Positions 33,523 through 42,219 of a DNA stretch of 64,000 nt are shown piece after piece. Every line of letters begins with the position of its first letter. The stretch's first letter is position 1. The position numbers were made by a program, and so were the translations under genes. Source of the stretch: a virus; IMG/VR virus record IMGVR_UViG_3300028800_002449; one strand, given 5' to 3'. Under the pieces are notes generated by a model that saw only the letters and a list, made by a program, of their open reading frames with translations, was not told where the DNA came from and did no database searches.

Positions 33523-34070
33523 AGGACCGCATCTGCATGTACCCCGGCACGTTCGGTCCGATCACGCTCGGCCACGAGTGGATCATCGCGGAGTCTCTCA
33601 AGATCTTCGACTACGTCCACGTCCTCATCGCCGAGAACAAGGCCAAGAAGCCGATCTTCAGCATGAACGAACGCCTCTCCATGATCGAGAGCGTCACCAA
33701 CAAGTACGGCGGCAAGGTCGAGGTCGTGAAGAGCCACGACGTCTACACTGTGCAAGCAGCCAAGATCCTGAAGGCCACACACATCGTCCGAGGTATCCGC
33801 AGCGGCATCGACTTCGACTACGAGCGCAGCGTCGATCTGCTCAACAGGGACATCCACAACGCCCTTCGTGAAGACGAGTCAGCCAGCCATGGCGTGTCCA
33901 CCATCTACATGACTCCTCCACGACACCTGGCCGAGGTCAGCTCTTCCATGGCCATGAGCCTCGTAGGGTTCAAAGGGTGGGAGACCGTCATCAAGAACTA
34001 CGTCTCTCAGCCTGTTTTCGAAGCCATCAAGAAGGCCTATGATGGCGGCCACCTCGCCAACCGACCATGA
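33519..34070 (+). CDS. CoaD-like (phosphopantetheine adenylyltransferase family) nucleotidyltransferase
   Basis: MYPGTFGPITLGH (PPAT signature YPGSFDPIT.GH) and VRGIRSGIDFDYERSVDLLNR (PPAT IRGLR...DFEYE...MN). Confidence 0.6.
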   Translation: MKDRICMYPGTFGPITLGHEWIIAESLKIFDYVHVLIAENKAKKPIFSMNERLSMIESVTNKYGGKVEVVKSHDVYTVQAAKILKATHIVRGIRSGIDFDYERSVDLLNRDIHNALREDESASHGVSTIYMTPPRHLAEVSSSMAMSLVGFKGWETVIKNYVSQPVFEAIKKAYDGGHLANRP

Positions 34071-34705
34071 ACAACCAAGCGACCATCGAGACCCTCAGGA
34101 GGTCCTGGAACAAGATCTCCTGGAACCGACCCGATCACGGATGTCTCATCGGCTTCGACGCAATCCTCGGCCGATATCAACGGCCAGGTCGGCACTATCA
34201 CGACCTTCGACACCTCGTGGAGTGTCTCGAACATTCTGAGATCGACAAGGCACGGAACCCGACGGCAGTGCGCCTAGCGCTATTCTTCCACGACTACATC
34301 TACGACACCGAAGTCCATCACGGCAACGAGGAGGCCAGCGCCGACTTCGTCTCGCTCTACGTCGCGACCTGGCTCCAGGATCCTTCCGACGCCTACACCG
34401 CCTGCCATCACATCCTCGCGACAGAGAAGCACAAGGTCGGAACCGTGCCCGAGACCATCCAGGACAGCAAGCTCGTCATCGACTGCGACTTGTCGATCCT
34501 CGGACGCCCCATGGATCGCTACGCGCAGTACGAGAGCGACATCCAGCTCGAATACAGCCACGTCCCGAGCCAGATCTTCAAAGAGGCCAGACGCACCATC
34601 ATGCTCGGCTTCCTCAACCGCAAGGACATCTACTTCAACGAGAGCTTCCGCGAGCGCTACGACAAACAGGCTCGCAAGAACATCTCCGTCTACTGGTCGC
34701 GATGA
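34067..34705 (+). CDS. HD-domain phosphohydrolase
   Basis: GRHYHDLRH ... LALFFHDYIYD (H..HD...D metal-binding pattern). Confidence 0.5.
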   Translation: MNNQATIETLRRSWNKISWNRPDHGCLIGFDAILGRYQRPGRHYHDLRHLVECLEHSEIDKARNPTAVRLALFFHDYIYDTEVHHGNEEASADFVSLYVATWLQDPSDAYTACHHILATEKHKVGTVPETIQDSKLVIDCDLSILGRPMDRYAQYESDIQLEYSHVPSQIFKEARRTIMLGFLNRKDIYFNESFRERYDKQARKNISVYWSR

Positions 34706-34995
34706 TGCCTGGCAACAACGAGGCATTCCACAGCTACATGGGTAAAGAAGAAACCTCCAAGCGACCCGGCGACCTCTGGATCACTTCTGGCGGCAACACC
34801 CGCAAGTTCAAGAAGCTGCTGGAGAAGCACGGCTTCATCCCCAAGCCGGAGTCACATTCGATCATCGACTACCAGTGGTCCATCACCGGCAGGTCGCTGA
34901 AAATGACTTTCGCCTCGGGCGACCAGATCTTCCTCCGTGTCACTCGCGTCACAAGCGTCGCGAAGAAGGTCATCAAGAAGGCTGCCAAGAGATGA
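34702..34995 (+). CDS. hypothetical protein (97 aa)
   Basis: ATGA overlap with the upstream gene. Confidence 0.45.
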   Translation: MMPGNNEAFHSYMGKEETSKRPGDLWITSGGNTRKFKKLLEKHGFIPKPESHSIIDYQWSITGRSLKMTFASGDQIFLRVTRVTSVAKKVIKKAAKR

Positions 34996-35258
34996 TCCAG
35001 GAGAACAGCTCCCCCGAGGCCGGCGAAGAACAAAAGTACGAGGTCGGCAGCCTCCTCAAGTTCGTCGCGTACAACCCGGAAGAGATACCTGATTGGGACG
35101 ATGAAGAACTGAAGCTGCCTGCCGACTATCAGCTCAAAGCCGGCGACCTTCTTCGCGTCGCTCCAAAGAACGGCTGCGGACTCGGCATCGACGTGATCAG
35201 CGAGAACGACGGCCATCCCGACATGGTCTGGCCGGAAGAGGTCGAACTCGTCACCTGA
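34992..35258 (+). CDS. hypothetical acidic protein (88 aa)
   Basis: Start re-called at the ATGA overlap. Confidence 0.4.
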   Translation: MIQENSSPEAGEEQKYEVGSLLKFVAYNPEEIPDWDDEELKLPADYQLKAGDLLRVAPKNGCGLGIDVISENDGHPDMVWPEEVELVT

Positions 35259-35529
35259 TCCGGGCGAGCTGGTTCATCGTGTTCCCGAGCCGCGAGACCT
35301 CCTCGCTGTAGAGCTTGTAGAAGCGCCGCTGGTCAGCTGCAAGGACCTCCTCCACGCGAGGCTTCCTCTTGCGCTTCTTCTTGACAACGTCCTTGGCTGC
35401 ATCCCTCGAAGCCACGACCTTGCCCAACTCTTTCACGACGGCCTTGGGGGGCTCGCTCGACGGCGCTGGGGGCGCGCTCGGCACTGACACGCCCTTCGAT
35501 TTAAGCACCGGCTTGGGCACGTCAATCAC
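35251..35529 (-). CDS. small basic protein (92 aa)
   Basis: ORF track; convergent with the plus-strand operon. Confidence 0.4.
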   Translation of the reverse strand: MIDVPKPVLKSKGVSVPSAPPAPSSEPPKAVVKELGKVVASRDAAKDVVKKKRKRKPRVEEVLAADQRRFYKLYSEEVSRLGNTMNQLARIR

Positions 35530-36319
35530 TCACGTTCATGTTGCGACGCGGCATGTACATCTTCAGGGCCGGCACCGAGCATAGCTCGGGAAGATGTCCC
35601 TCGGCGAACACAGCCGCCGTCAGGGAGCCTCCGAAGCAGCAGCCGGTGTCGATGCCCATAGTCGTCACGAAATCGACCGGCTTCAGGATAAGCGGCTTCA
35701 TCTCGTCGTGTACGATGTGACCGTACACGACGGATTCGGGCCCCTTCCACGTCTCGACCCAGTAGACGGCGTTCGGCGGCGTCTCCATCGGGTCGCCCGT
35801 CGAGGCGTACTCGCCCGTATCCTTGTCGGTCGTCCTGCACCTGACGAGCATCCGCGGGTCGATCTCATCGATCGGCTTGTCGGTTGGGATCCCAGCGTGC
35901 GTGACGAGCCAGGGAACCCCATCGTGCTCGAACCGCAGGTAGTACGGCAGCGCGGCCAAGAAGCTCCGATCTTCATCCGAGAGCTGATCGTGCTCAGCTT
36001 TCCTCGCGTCGGTGAACCTCATCGGGTTCTTGTACCCGAGCTGACTCTTCTTCTTCGCCTCGTGTCGAGCCCACCTCACGTGCTTCTCGTCGTGGTTGCC
36101 CATGACCGCCTCATAGCCGTTCTTCCGCACGTGCTCGACGACGCCGGCCGAATACGGGCCGCGGTCGACCAGATCGCCTGCGCAGATCAGACGATCTGAA
36201 GGCTTGGGCTGGAGCTTCTCCAGGAGCTGCTTGAACTCTTCCAAGCACCCGTGGATATCTCCCACGACGATGGTTCGCATGAAGCTCGCGATCGTCACAT
36301 CATCTTGGATGAAAGTCAA
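35522..36319 (-). CDS. PPP-family metallophosphatase (lambda phosphatase/ApaH-like Ser/Thr phosphatase)
   Basis: VVGDIHG ... GDLVDRG ... GNHD motifs. Confidence 0.7.
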   Translation of the reverse strand: MTFIQDDVTIASFMRTIVVGDIHGCLEEFKQLLEKLQPKPSDRLICAGDLVDRGPYSAGVVEHVRKNGYEAVMGNHDEKHVRWARHEAKKKSQLGYKNPMRFTDARKAEHDQLSDEDRSFLAALPYYLRFEHDGVPWLVTHAGIPTDKPIDEIDPRMLVRCRTTDKDTGEYASTGDPMETPPNAVYWVETWKGPESVVYGHIVHDEMKPLILKPVDFVTTMGIDTGCCFGGSLTAAVFAEGHLPELCSVPALKMYMPRRNMNVSD

Positions 36320-36322
36320 AAC

Positions 36323-36448
36323 TCAGGCGAGGAAGGACTCGTGGCAGCTCAAGCACATGAACGAGCCCGGATGATCAGACAGCTCCTCCGCGCTCCGGTA
36401 CTTCCCGCCGCCACACTTCGGACACTCCAAGCCACTCGGCTTCTCCAC
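36323..36448 (-). CDS. 41-aa zinc-finger mini-protein (VEKPSGLECPKCGGGKYRSAEELSDHPGSFMCLSCHESFLA)
   Basis: Hand-called; GAGGAGG ribosome-binding site 7 nt before a GTG start. Confidence 0.25.
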   Translation of the reverse strand: MEKPSGLECPKCGGGKYRSAEELSDHPGSFMCLSCHESFLA

Positions 36449-36482
36449 AGTCGAAACCTCCTCGGTCGTCGACTGTTCGAGG

Positions 36483-36869
36483 TCAGTCAAGATCAAGGTC
36501 GGTCCCGGGGGGACGACACGATAGATCGTCCATCTGCTTCTCCGCCAACGCCATCACGCGACCCACGTCGACGGGCCTGTTGGCCAACTGCCATCCCGTG
36601 AGAGTCGAGGGCTCACAATCTGGGTAGCATCTAACCGGTCGTCCTTCCTTGTTCATGGCCAACAGACCGAAGCCATGGTTGCACCAGATGCAGAAATCGA
36701 GCGGCCTGTCGGGAACAGCGAGGTTGTCCTTCTGCTTCGCCAGCATCAGGTCGATCCCCTCCCGGATGATCTCGGCTACAGGCCTCCCCGTCACTCCCGA
36801 GATCTTGTCCAGCAGATCGACCTGTTCCTCTTCAAGATAGACCGTGGTCGAGATCTTCCTCCTTCCCAA
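36483..36869 (-). CDS. ribbon-helix-helix (CopG/Arc-like) DNA-binding protein with a Cys-containing C-domain
   Basis: N-terminal KISTTVYLEEEQVDLLDKISGVTGRPVAEIIREGIDLMLAK. Confidence 0.45.
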   Translation of the reverse strand: MGRRKISTTVYLEEEQVDLLDKISGVTGRPVAEIIREGIDLMLAKQKDNLAVPDRPLDFCIWCNHGFGLLAMNKEGRPVRCYPDCEPSTLTGWQLANRPVDVGRVMALAEKQMDDLSCRPPGTDLDLD

Positions 36870-37290
36870 AATGTCCTCCTTCCTCGATCTTCGAAACCGC
36901 CTTCGACTCGATCTTCTTGACGTGGACCTCCTGCCTGAACGGCTTCCAGCGGATCCAGACGTCGAAGAACGCGCCGCTCATCGCCATCTCGTCGATGAAG
37001 TAGCGCAGGCATGAGAGGTCGTCCGTCTCCGCCAAGCTCACGATCATCCCGACGCTCGCGTCCCTCACCTTCCCGCTGGTCCTCTTCGAGAGGATCTTGC
37101 ACGCGTCCTTCAGCTGAACCCGATAGTAAGGGCGCTGGTCATCTGGGACGTGCAGCCCCAGCAGACGACCATGCGTCACGTTGCCCGACGACGCGTCGAC
37201 CCACGTCATCTTCGGATCTGAACGCGTCCCTTCTGCCGCGACCTCCTTCTTCAGATCGCGAACACGCTTCTTGAGAGACTTGCCCGCCAT
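36832..37290 (-). CDS. hypothetical protein (152 aa)
   Basis: ORF track. Confidence 0.45.
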   Translation of the reverse strand: MAGKSLKKRVRDLKKEVAAEGTRSDPKMTWVDASSGNVTHGRLLGLHVPDDQRPYYRVQLKDACKILSKRTSGKVRDASVGMIVSLAETDDLSCLRYFIDEMAMSGAFFDVWIRWKPFRQEVHVKKIESKAVSKIEEGGHFGKEEDLDHGLS

Positions 37291-37568
37291 CAGGGCTTGG
37301 CCGCCGGCTCGTAAAGCGCGACGAAGGTCTCGTTCGTCATGACCTTGTGCTCCGGCAGCCCGTTCTTCTCAGTCGTCACGAGCCAGTCGCCCGCGTTGAT
37401 CTCCACCAGCCCACGCATGGTCCTCACGAGACCATAGCGACGACCCGTCTTCTTGTGCAGCTCGCACCTGCGACCGTCCTGTGCAAGCGCCGAGCAGTAG
37501 CACGGCTGCGCAATCACTCCCGACGGCCACGTCTTGGCCGACGGAGAGAATTGTTCGGCTTCGACCAT
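37290..37568 (-). CDS. hypothetical protein (92 aa, MVEAEQF...)
   Basis: C-terminal part of track ORF 37290..37901, whose upstream portion is out of frame with the better-supported PhaR-like gene. Confidence 0.4.
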   Translation of the reverse strand: MVEAEQFSPSAKTWPSGVIAQPCYCSALAQDGRRCELHKKTGRRYGLVRTMRGLVEINAGDWLVTTEKNGLPEHKVMTNETFVALYEPAAKP

Positions 37569-37588
37569 GCTCGGTCGCAGACGGAACT

Positions 37589-37885
37589 TCACTCGTCCAC
37601 CGCCTCTGGGAAGATCCACTTCGAGTACATGCCCTGGTTGAGCTTCTTCAAGATGACCCTCAGGTGTGGAAGCACCATCAGGCCAGGCTCCTTGTCGATC
37701 CGCTTCGCCATCGCCTGGACCAACACGGACACGGTCACGTCCTTGCCGTTCTTCACGTCGATCACGCTGACCTCTCCACCGGACATCGCATGATCGAGGA
37801 CATCCGCGAGCGGCATGTAGATGCTCGTGTCGAGGTTGTATAGCTTGCGATTGCGGTACTTCTTGATCCGCAGAACTTCTTTCAT
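37589..37885 (-). CDS. PhaR-like (PHA synthesis repressor N-domain family) DNA-binding protein
   Basis: IKKYRNRKLYNLDTSIYMPLADV matches the PhaR DNA-binding domain signature IKKYpNRrLYdt.ts.YitL.dv. Confidence 0.5.
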   Translation of the reverse strand: MKEVLRIKKYRNRKLYNLDTSIYMPLADVLDHAMSGGEVSVIDVKNGKDVTVSVLVQAMAKRIDKEPGLMVLPHLRVILKKLNQGMYSKWIFPEAVDE

Positions 37886-37930
37886 GGGGGCTGCCTCTCA
37901 AGAAAATAAGAATGCGGGCCTGACTGAGTC

Positions 37931-38524
37931 CTATGGTGTCTCTGGCTTCTGCTCCCCCACGACCGGCGTCTTGATCTCGATCGACTCAGGAGGCGCCTGA
38001 ACCTCGGCCCCCAGGATAGCCTCCAGGTCGAAGTCCTCCTCGTCGCCCTCTTCAGCACCTGACACGTCACCGCCTGACGACAGAGCGTCTTCACCTTCCA
38101 TCGTCTCGACACCCGTGCTCGACTTCATGATGATCGCCACGTGCGCCGCCAGCGCGCCGACGTTGATGCCCACGTTCGTCGCGAAGCCCAGGATGTCGAA
38201 GACGATGTCGATGAGGTCAGTCGCGAGACCCTGCGGCAGGCCCTTGCCCGGCTCAGCCTCTTGGCCGGTCGCAGGATCGATCCAGGTGATGTGCGTCGGA
38301 TCGCGCTCTTCCTTGTACGTCTCGTAGGCGCTCGCCACCTTCGAGTGAAGCTCGGCGAAGAAGATCCTGTAGTCGATCGGGCGACCGTCATCCTCGGGCC
38401 AGTAGCCCATCTCCGACTGACGTGCATGGACGACGTTCGAGATCATGTTCAGACCTCTCCTTATCGTCTCTCGCGTCTCGGCGGTGACCTTGTCCTGCGC
38501 GACCTCTGTCTCTTTCTCAGGCAT
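37931..38524 (-). CDS. hypothetical protein (197 aa), acidic C-terminus
   Basis: ORF track. Confidence 0.5.
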   Translation of the reverse strand: MPEKETEVAQDKVTAETRETIRRGLNMISNVVHARQSEMGYWPEDDGRPIDYRIFFAELHSKVASAYETYKEERDPTHITWIDPATGQEAEPGKGLPQGLATDLIDIVFDILGFATNVGINVGALAAHVAIIMKSSTGVETMEGEDALSSGGDVSGAEEGDEEDFDLEAILGAEVQAPPESIEIKTPVVGEQKPETP

Positions 38525-38759
38525 TCTTCGACTCCGTTCCGTCTTTTTTCTGAGGTTGCTCCAGCCCTTCGGGCATGGGGATCGGCTGCGTGTATCGCTT
38601 CTTGACCAGATGGTGACGCTCCAGGATCTTGTCGAGCGCCCTGCTCGTGATGCCGAGAACCTTCGCGGTCATATCGCGATCACCCTCGTACCTCGTGAGG
38701 GTGGTCATGACGACCGTGCGCTCGAAGTCGCGCTTCAGATCTCGGAGCGTCTTGCTCAT
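38517..38759 (-). CDS. Fis-family HTH DNA-binding protein
   Basis: TLTRYEGDRDMTAKVLGITSRALDKILERHHL. Confidence 0.45.
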   Translation of the reverse strand: MSKTLRDLKRDFERTVVMTTLTRYEGDRDMTAKVLGITSRALDKILERHHLVKKRYTQPIPMPEGLEQPQKKDGTESKNA

Positions 38760-38763
38760 CGAA

Positions 38764-39561
38764 CTATCGAGTCTGAATCCCCATGATGCTGCCGAGCCCG
38801 ACGTCAACTGTCCCGTCGTCCATCTCGTCGCCCTCACCGAACAAGTCACTCTGGCGGAGGTACGCCTCGTGACGCGGGAACTGCAACATCAGGTGCAGCG
38901 TCAACATCTCCTCCGCCGCCGGAACGAAGCCGTCATGGTGGATGCAGAAGCTCCTACGTTCGACGAGATCGTAGAGCTGACGCCCTTCGTACTTCGACAG
39001 CTTCGACGGCGCGTTCCTCGAAGTCACCATGTACTTGTGGCCAGTCGCGGCACCCGTCGAGACGAACTGCTGATGGTCCTCGAAGTCGTCCATCTGGTCG
39101 TCCGTGAGGAACTCGAAGAGCACCTTGCGCGCCTTCAGATCGGCCTGGCCGAGCCTCGGCAAGGGACACCCACGCGTCGGCTTCGTCACCGTCACGCCCG
39201 TAGCCTTCTTCTTGTCCTCGGGCTTGACGTCCTTCAGATCTGCCGAGAAGACCTCCTCCAGCTTGCCGTTCGCGAACTTCACGGCGCTGACGAACTTGCG
39301 CCCTGGACGCAGCGCCTTCGCGAGGACCTTCTCGACGTCTCCGAGCTTGGCCGAGAGGACAAGCTCTCCAGCGTCCGCGGAGAACTCAGGCTCCGTCTGA
39401 AGGACCCAACGCTTCTTCACCGCCGTGTCGTGAAGATCCCCGAGGGCCTTCTTCTCCGACGGGCTGAGATGCTCCCACGACAGGGACGTCTTCAGATCCT
39501 TGTCCGTCGAGCTGTCCGTCAGCTTGATGTCCCCGTAGAAGCTTGGCAGGTACCACTCCAT
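38764..39561 (-). CDS. hypothetical protein (265 aa)
   Basis: GGAGGA ribosome-binding site before the ATG. Confidence 0.55.
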   Translation of the reverse strand: MEWYLPSFYGDIKLTDSSTDKDLKTSLSWEHLSPSEKKALGDLHDTAVKKRWVLQTEPEFSADAGELVLSAKLGDVEKVLAKALRPGRKFVSAVKFANGKLEEVFSADLKDVKPEDKKKATGVTVTKPTRGCPLPRLGQADLKARKVLFEFLTDDQMDDFEDHQQFVSTGAATGHKYMVTSRNAPSKLSKYEGRQLYDLVERRSFCIHHDGFVPAAEEMLTLHLMLQFPRHEAYLRQSDLFGEGDEMDDGTVDVGLGSIMGIQTR

Positions 39562-40138
39562 CGTCGTCCTCCTTCGAGATCTTGGCCAAGACCGTGCTGA
39601 TCCTGCCGTCCAACTTCTTCAACATCTCATCTTTGTCAGCGAGCGTCGAAGTCGCGATCTTCTCACGGCTGCCCATGAGGTAGTCCAGCTCGATCGTGAG
39701 ATCCTTTCGAGCATCCAACTTCCCTCGACCGGAGATCAACTCCATCGCGGGACCGATCGCGTCGACCAGCTGCCTCATCACGTCGTCCTGCCCTACACGC
39801 CCACCTTGAAGGACTGCACCATAGACGTTGCCCCCGACACCCTCCACATCATCACCGTCGTCATAGGTGTAGTTGTCTCCGAGACCACCGTTGACGATCA
39901 GGCCCATGCCCGGCACCTGCGCGGGAGGATGGTCAGCCACCCTGTCGCCCGTCATCGAGATCAACGTCTCGGCCTGCCCAGCTATCTGCTTGATCGTGCG
40001 GAAGCGACTGCGTCCTCCGACTTCAAGCGCCGACTTGATCAAGTCCTCGAAGCACTTGATCGTCTGATCGACCACGGCCTTGTCGAGGTTCTTGGCACGC
40101 TCCGGTCTCGACTTCATATACATCAGGTCCTCCTCCAT
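39386..40138 (-). CDS. hypothetical protein (250 aa; its 3' end overlaps the downstream gene by about 175 nt)
   Basis: ORF track; the unusually long overlap lowers confidence. Confidence 0.35.
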   Translation of the reverse strand: MEEDLMYMKSRPERAKNLDKAVVDQTIKCFEDLIKSALEVGGRSRFRTIKQIAGQAETLISMTGDRVADHPPAQVPGMGLIVNGGLGDNYTYDDGDDVEGVGGNVYGAVLQGGRVGQDDVMRQLVDAIGPAMELISGRGKLDARKDLTIELDYLMGSREKIATSTLADKDEMLKKLDGRISTVLAKISKEDDDGVVPAKLLRGHQADGQLDGQGSEDVPVVGASQPVGEEGPRGSSRHGGEEALGPSDGA

Positions 40139-40422
40139 GCCGGAGACTCGAAGAACTTCCGTGCCTGCTTTCGCAGACTCAATTCAACAGTCTCTTTCGG
40201 ATCATGTGCTTTGCCGATAGACCAAAAGGTGGGCCAGCCCGTCTCCTCCCAAAGCACGTAGTCGGCGACAGCATCGTTGATCTCGAAGCCTTGAAGTCGC
40301 GCCTCATCCTTCACGATTTCAATCGGCGACGGAAGCTCGATCACGCTCCCATCCTCGACGTCCTTCACCTGCAAGGACGACGACATCAATTGACGCCCCG
40401 TTTTCCAAAAGTCTTCTCCCAC
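40123..40422 (-). CDS. hypothetical protein (99 aa)
   Basis: ORF track. Confidence 0.4.
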   Translation of the reverse strand: MGEDFWKTGRQLMSSSLQVKDVEDGSVIELPSPIEIVKDEARLQGFEINDAVADYVLWEETGWPTFWSIGKAHDPKETVELSLRKQARKFFESPAWRRT

Positions 40423-40709
40423 CCGCTCCGAAACCCCTCCGTCGAGACTTGGATCGGACCGCGCGTGGTCCTCTTGCCCGACGTCGCCGTCACGTTGTAC
40501 TCCAGGTCGTCCTCGTTCGGACCCTTCCTGAAGTCGCCGATCTTCGCGCCGAACGGAATAGGCAGGCCGGGTTCCGCCGGGACAGCGATGCTCACGCTGT
40601 CATCGTCAGGATCGTCGACGTCTTTGAAGACGATCGCCGGACCGCTGCCGATCGGGTTCACCGTCTGCCCGACGATCTTCGCCCGCGTCCATGACTTCTT
40701 CTTCGCCAC
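40386..40709 (-). CDS. hypothetical protein (107 aa)
   Basis: ORF track. Confidence 0.4.
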   Translation of the reverse strand: MAKKKSWTRAKIVGQTVNPIGSGPAIVFKDVDDPDDDSVSIAVPAEPGLPIPFGAKIGDFRKGPNEDDLEYNVTATSGKRTTRGPIQVSTEGFRSGWEKTFGKRGVN

Positions 40710-40712
40710 GAC

Positions 40713-41003
40713 TCAAGCCACGGCCTGACGATCGTGGTTGAGGGACCCGACAGCCTTCGGCTGATCGAGTATCCAGACGATCGCCCTGCGACCCATGCGC
40801 GTCACTCTTTCTCGACCGGAGTCACGCAGGTAGGACTTCTTGAACAGCTCGCGCACGCGTGGGCTGACAGTCTTGTGTCCGATGCCCAAGCCCGCCTCAA
40901 TCTCGTCGCTCGTCGCTCCCTTGAGGCCCTGGTCCGCCACGTAGCGCAAGACCTTCCGCTGGAGCGCATCGACGTTCGAGATCGCCTCGATCTTGAGCTT
41001 CAT
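40713..41003 (-). CDS. winged-helix transcriptional regulator
   Basis: LQRKVLRYVADQGLKGATSDEIEAGLGIGHKTVSPRVRELFKKSYL. Confidence 0.45.
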   Translation of the reverse strand: MKLKIEAISNVDALQRKVLRYVADQGLKGATSDEIEAGLGIGHKTVSPRVRELFKKSYLRDSGRERVTRMGRRAIVWILDQPKAVGSLNHDRQAVA

Positions 41004-41764
41004 GCTGCTCCCGAGACGTCGATCACGACGTCTTCGATCATCTTTTGACAGATGATCTGAGACCTCACCTGCCTGACGTCATCCCTCACGCCCTTCAAAC
41101 CTTCGATATAGATCCTAGCGTCGTCGATGGACTTGAAGCCACCCTCCTGGATCGTATGCGTCTCGCCGTCGAAGAGCTTTTGCTGAACCACAGTCCTGTA
41201 CGTCGTCGTCAACAACCCCGGGTCCATCGGTTGAAGAACATGCATGACGTCCTGACGCCAATCCCAGACGTTCATCTTGCCAGTCATCCCCGGCCACCAG
41301 TGCGTGAGCATCAGGTCGCGCATGAACGGCTCTTCGTCGAAGGTCAGACGGCCGTTCAAGATGCACGTGTCGGCCACGCCGAAGACGTTCTTCAGGTACC
41401 AGTCGGAGCCGACGGCAGCCGAGGAGAGAAGGACGATGTTCGCTCCGCGCTGCGCCTCCAGGGCACACTTCAAGATCCAACGCAGGATCTTCTTGAAGGG
41501 CGGGTTCAACCAGAGGATGCCGCCGTACTTCTTCGTCAAGGCCGCCCAGTCCTGCTCGAACGAGTCGTGTGCGACAGCGTTGCAGATCTTGCTCGCGCAC
41601 TTCCCCTTGAGAGGCTTCGCGAAGTAGCGTTTGTGCTTCGTGTTCCTCGCCTCCGCGGCGAGGTCGAAGACGACCTTGCCGAAGCGCGTGCTCATCGGCT
41701 TCATGAAGTCCCACGGCGTGCCGTAGTTCTGCTTGCTGCCGGCACCTGATGAGATCCGCGCCAC
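41000..41764 (-). CDS. DNA N6-adenine methyltransferase (phage Dam family)
   Basis: LWLNPPF catalytic motif (NPPF variant of the DPPY motif); N-terminal YGTPWDF. Confidence 0.6.
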   Translation of the reverse strand: MARISSGAGSKQNYGTPWDFMKPMSTRFGKVVFDLAAEARNTKHKRYFAKPLKGKCASKICNAVAHDSFEQDWAALTKKYGGILWLNPPFKKILRWILKCALEAQRGANIVLLSSAAVGSDWYLKNVFGVADTCILNGRLTFDEEPFMRDLMLTHWWPGMTGKMNVWDWRQDVMHVLQPMDPGLLTTTYRTVVQQKLFDGETHTIQEGGFKSIDDARIYIEGLKGVRDDVRQVRSQIICQKMIEDVVIDVSGAA

Positions 41765-41766
41765 GC

Positions 41767-42219
41767 CTACTCCTGCCTCAGGCTTCCGACGATCGCCGGA
41801 CCCAGCGCTGCAACGATCTCAGCAGCCTTCTCGACGTACTCACACGAGATCGTCAGACCTTCAGCGGTCTGCGGCGTCATCTGCACGTAGAACGTCATGA
41901 TGGCGTTCACGAGCTGCTGACAGGCAGCATCCGGAATCCCCTTTTCAGCAGCCCACTTGGCCAGGCCCAACATCATCGCCATCGAGTCCTTGAGCACGAT
42001 GAAGCAAGCCTTCGCCACGTACTCCTTGCCGATCTCGGACGAGGGGCACTTCGTGTAGAACGTGGAGATCTCGTTGACGATCGTGGTCCGGTCCTCAGAC
42101 TTCAGACCCTTGCCGTGACCCCACGTGTCCAGCTCTATCAGTCGTGTCGCGGCAGGATGCGAGAGAACCCGACGCACGATCTCGATGGCCTCCTCAGGCG
42201 TAGGTTCAATCGGCATCAC
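41767..42219 (-). CDS. hypothetical protein (150 aa)
   Basis: ORF track. Confidence 0.5.
   Translation of the reverse strand: MMPIEPTPEEAIEIVRRVLSHPAATRLIELDTWGHGKGLKSEDRTTIVNEISTFYTKCPSSEIGKEYVAKACFIVLKDSMAMMLGLAKWAAEKGIPDAACQQLVNAIMTFYVQMTPQTAEGLTISCEYVEKAAEIVAALGPAIVGSLRQE

Noticed and set aside
37290-37901. 203-aa ORF overlapping the PhaR-like gene in another frame
   Set aside because: Arg/Gly-rich GC artefact upstream of 37568. The PhaR-like frame has a specific domain signature.
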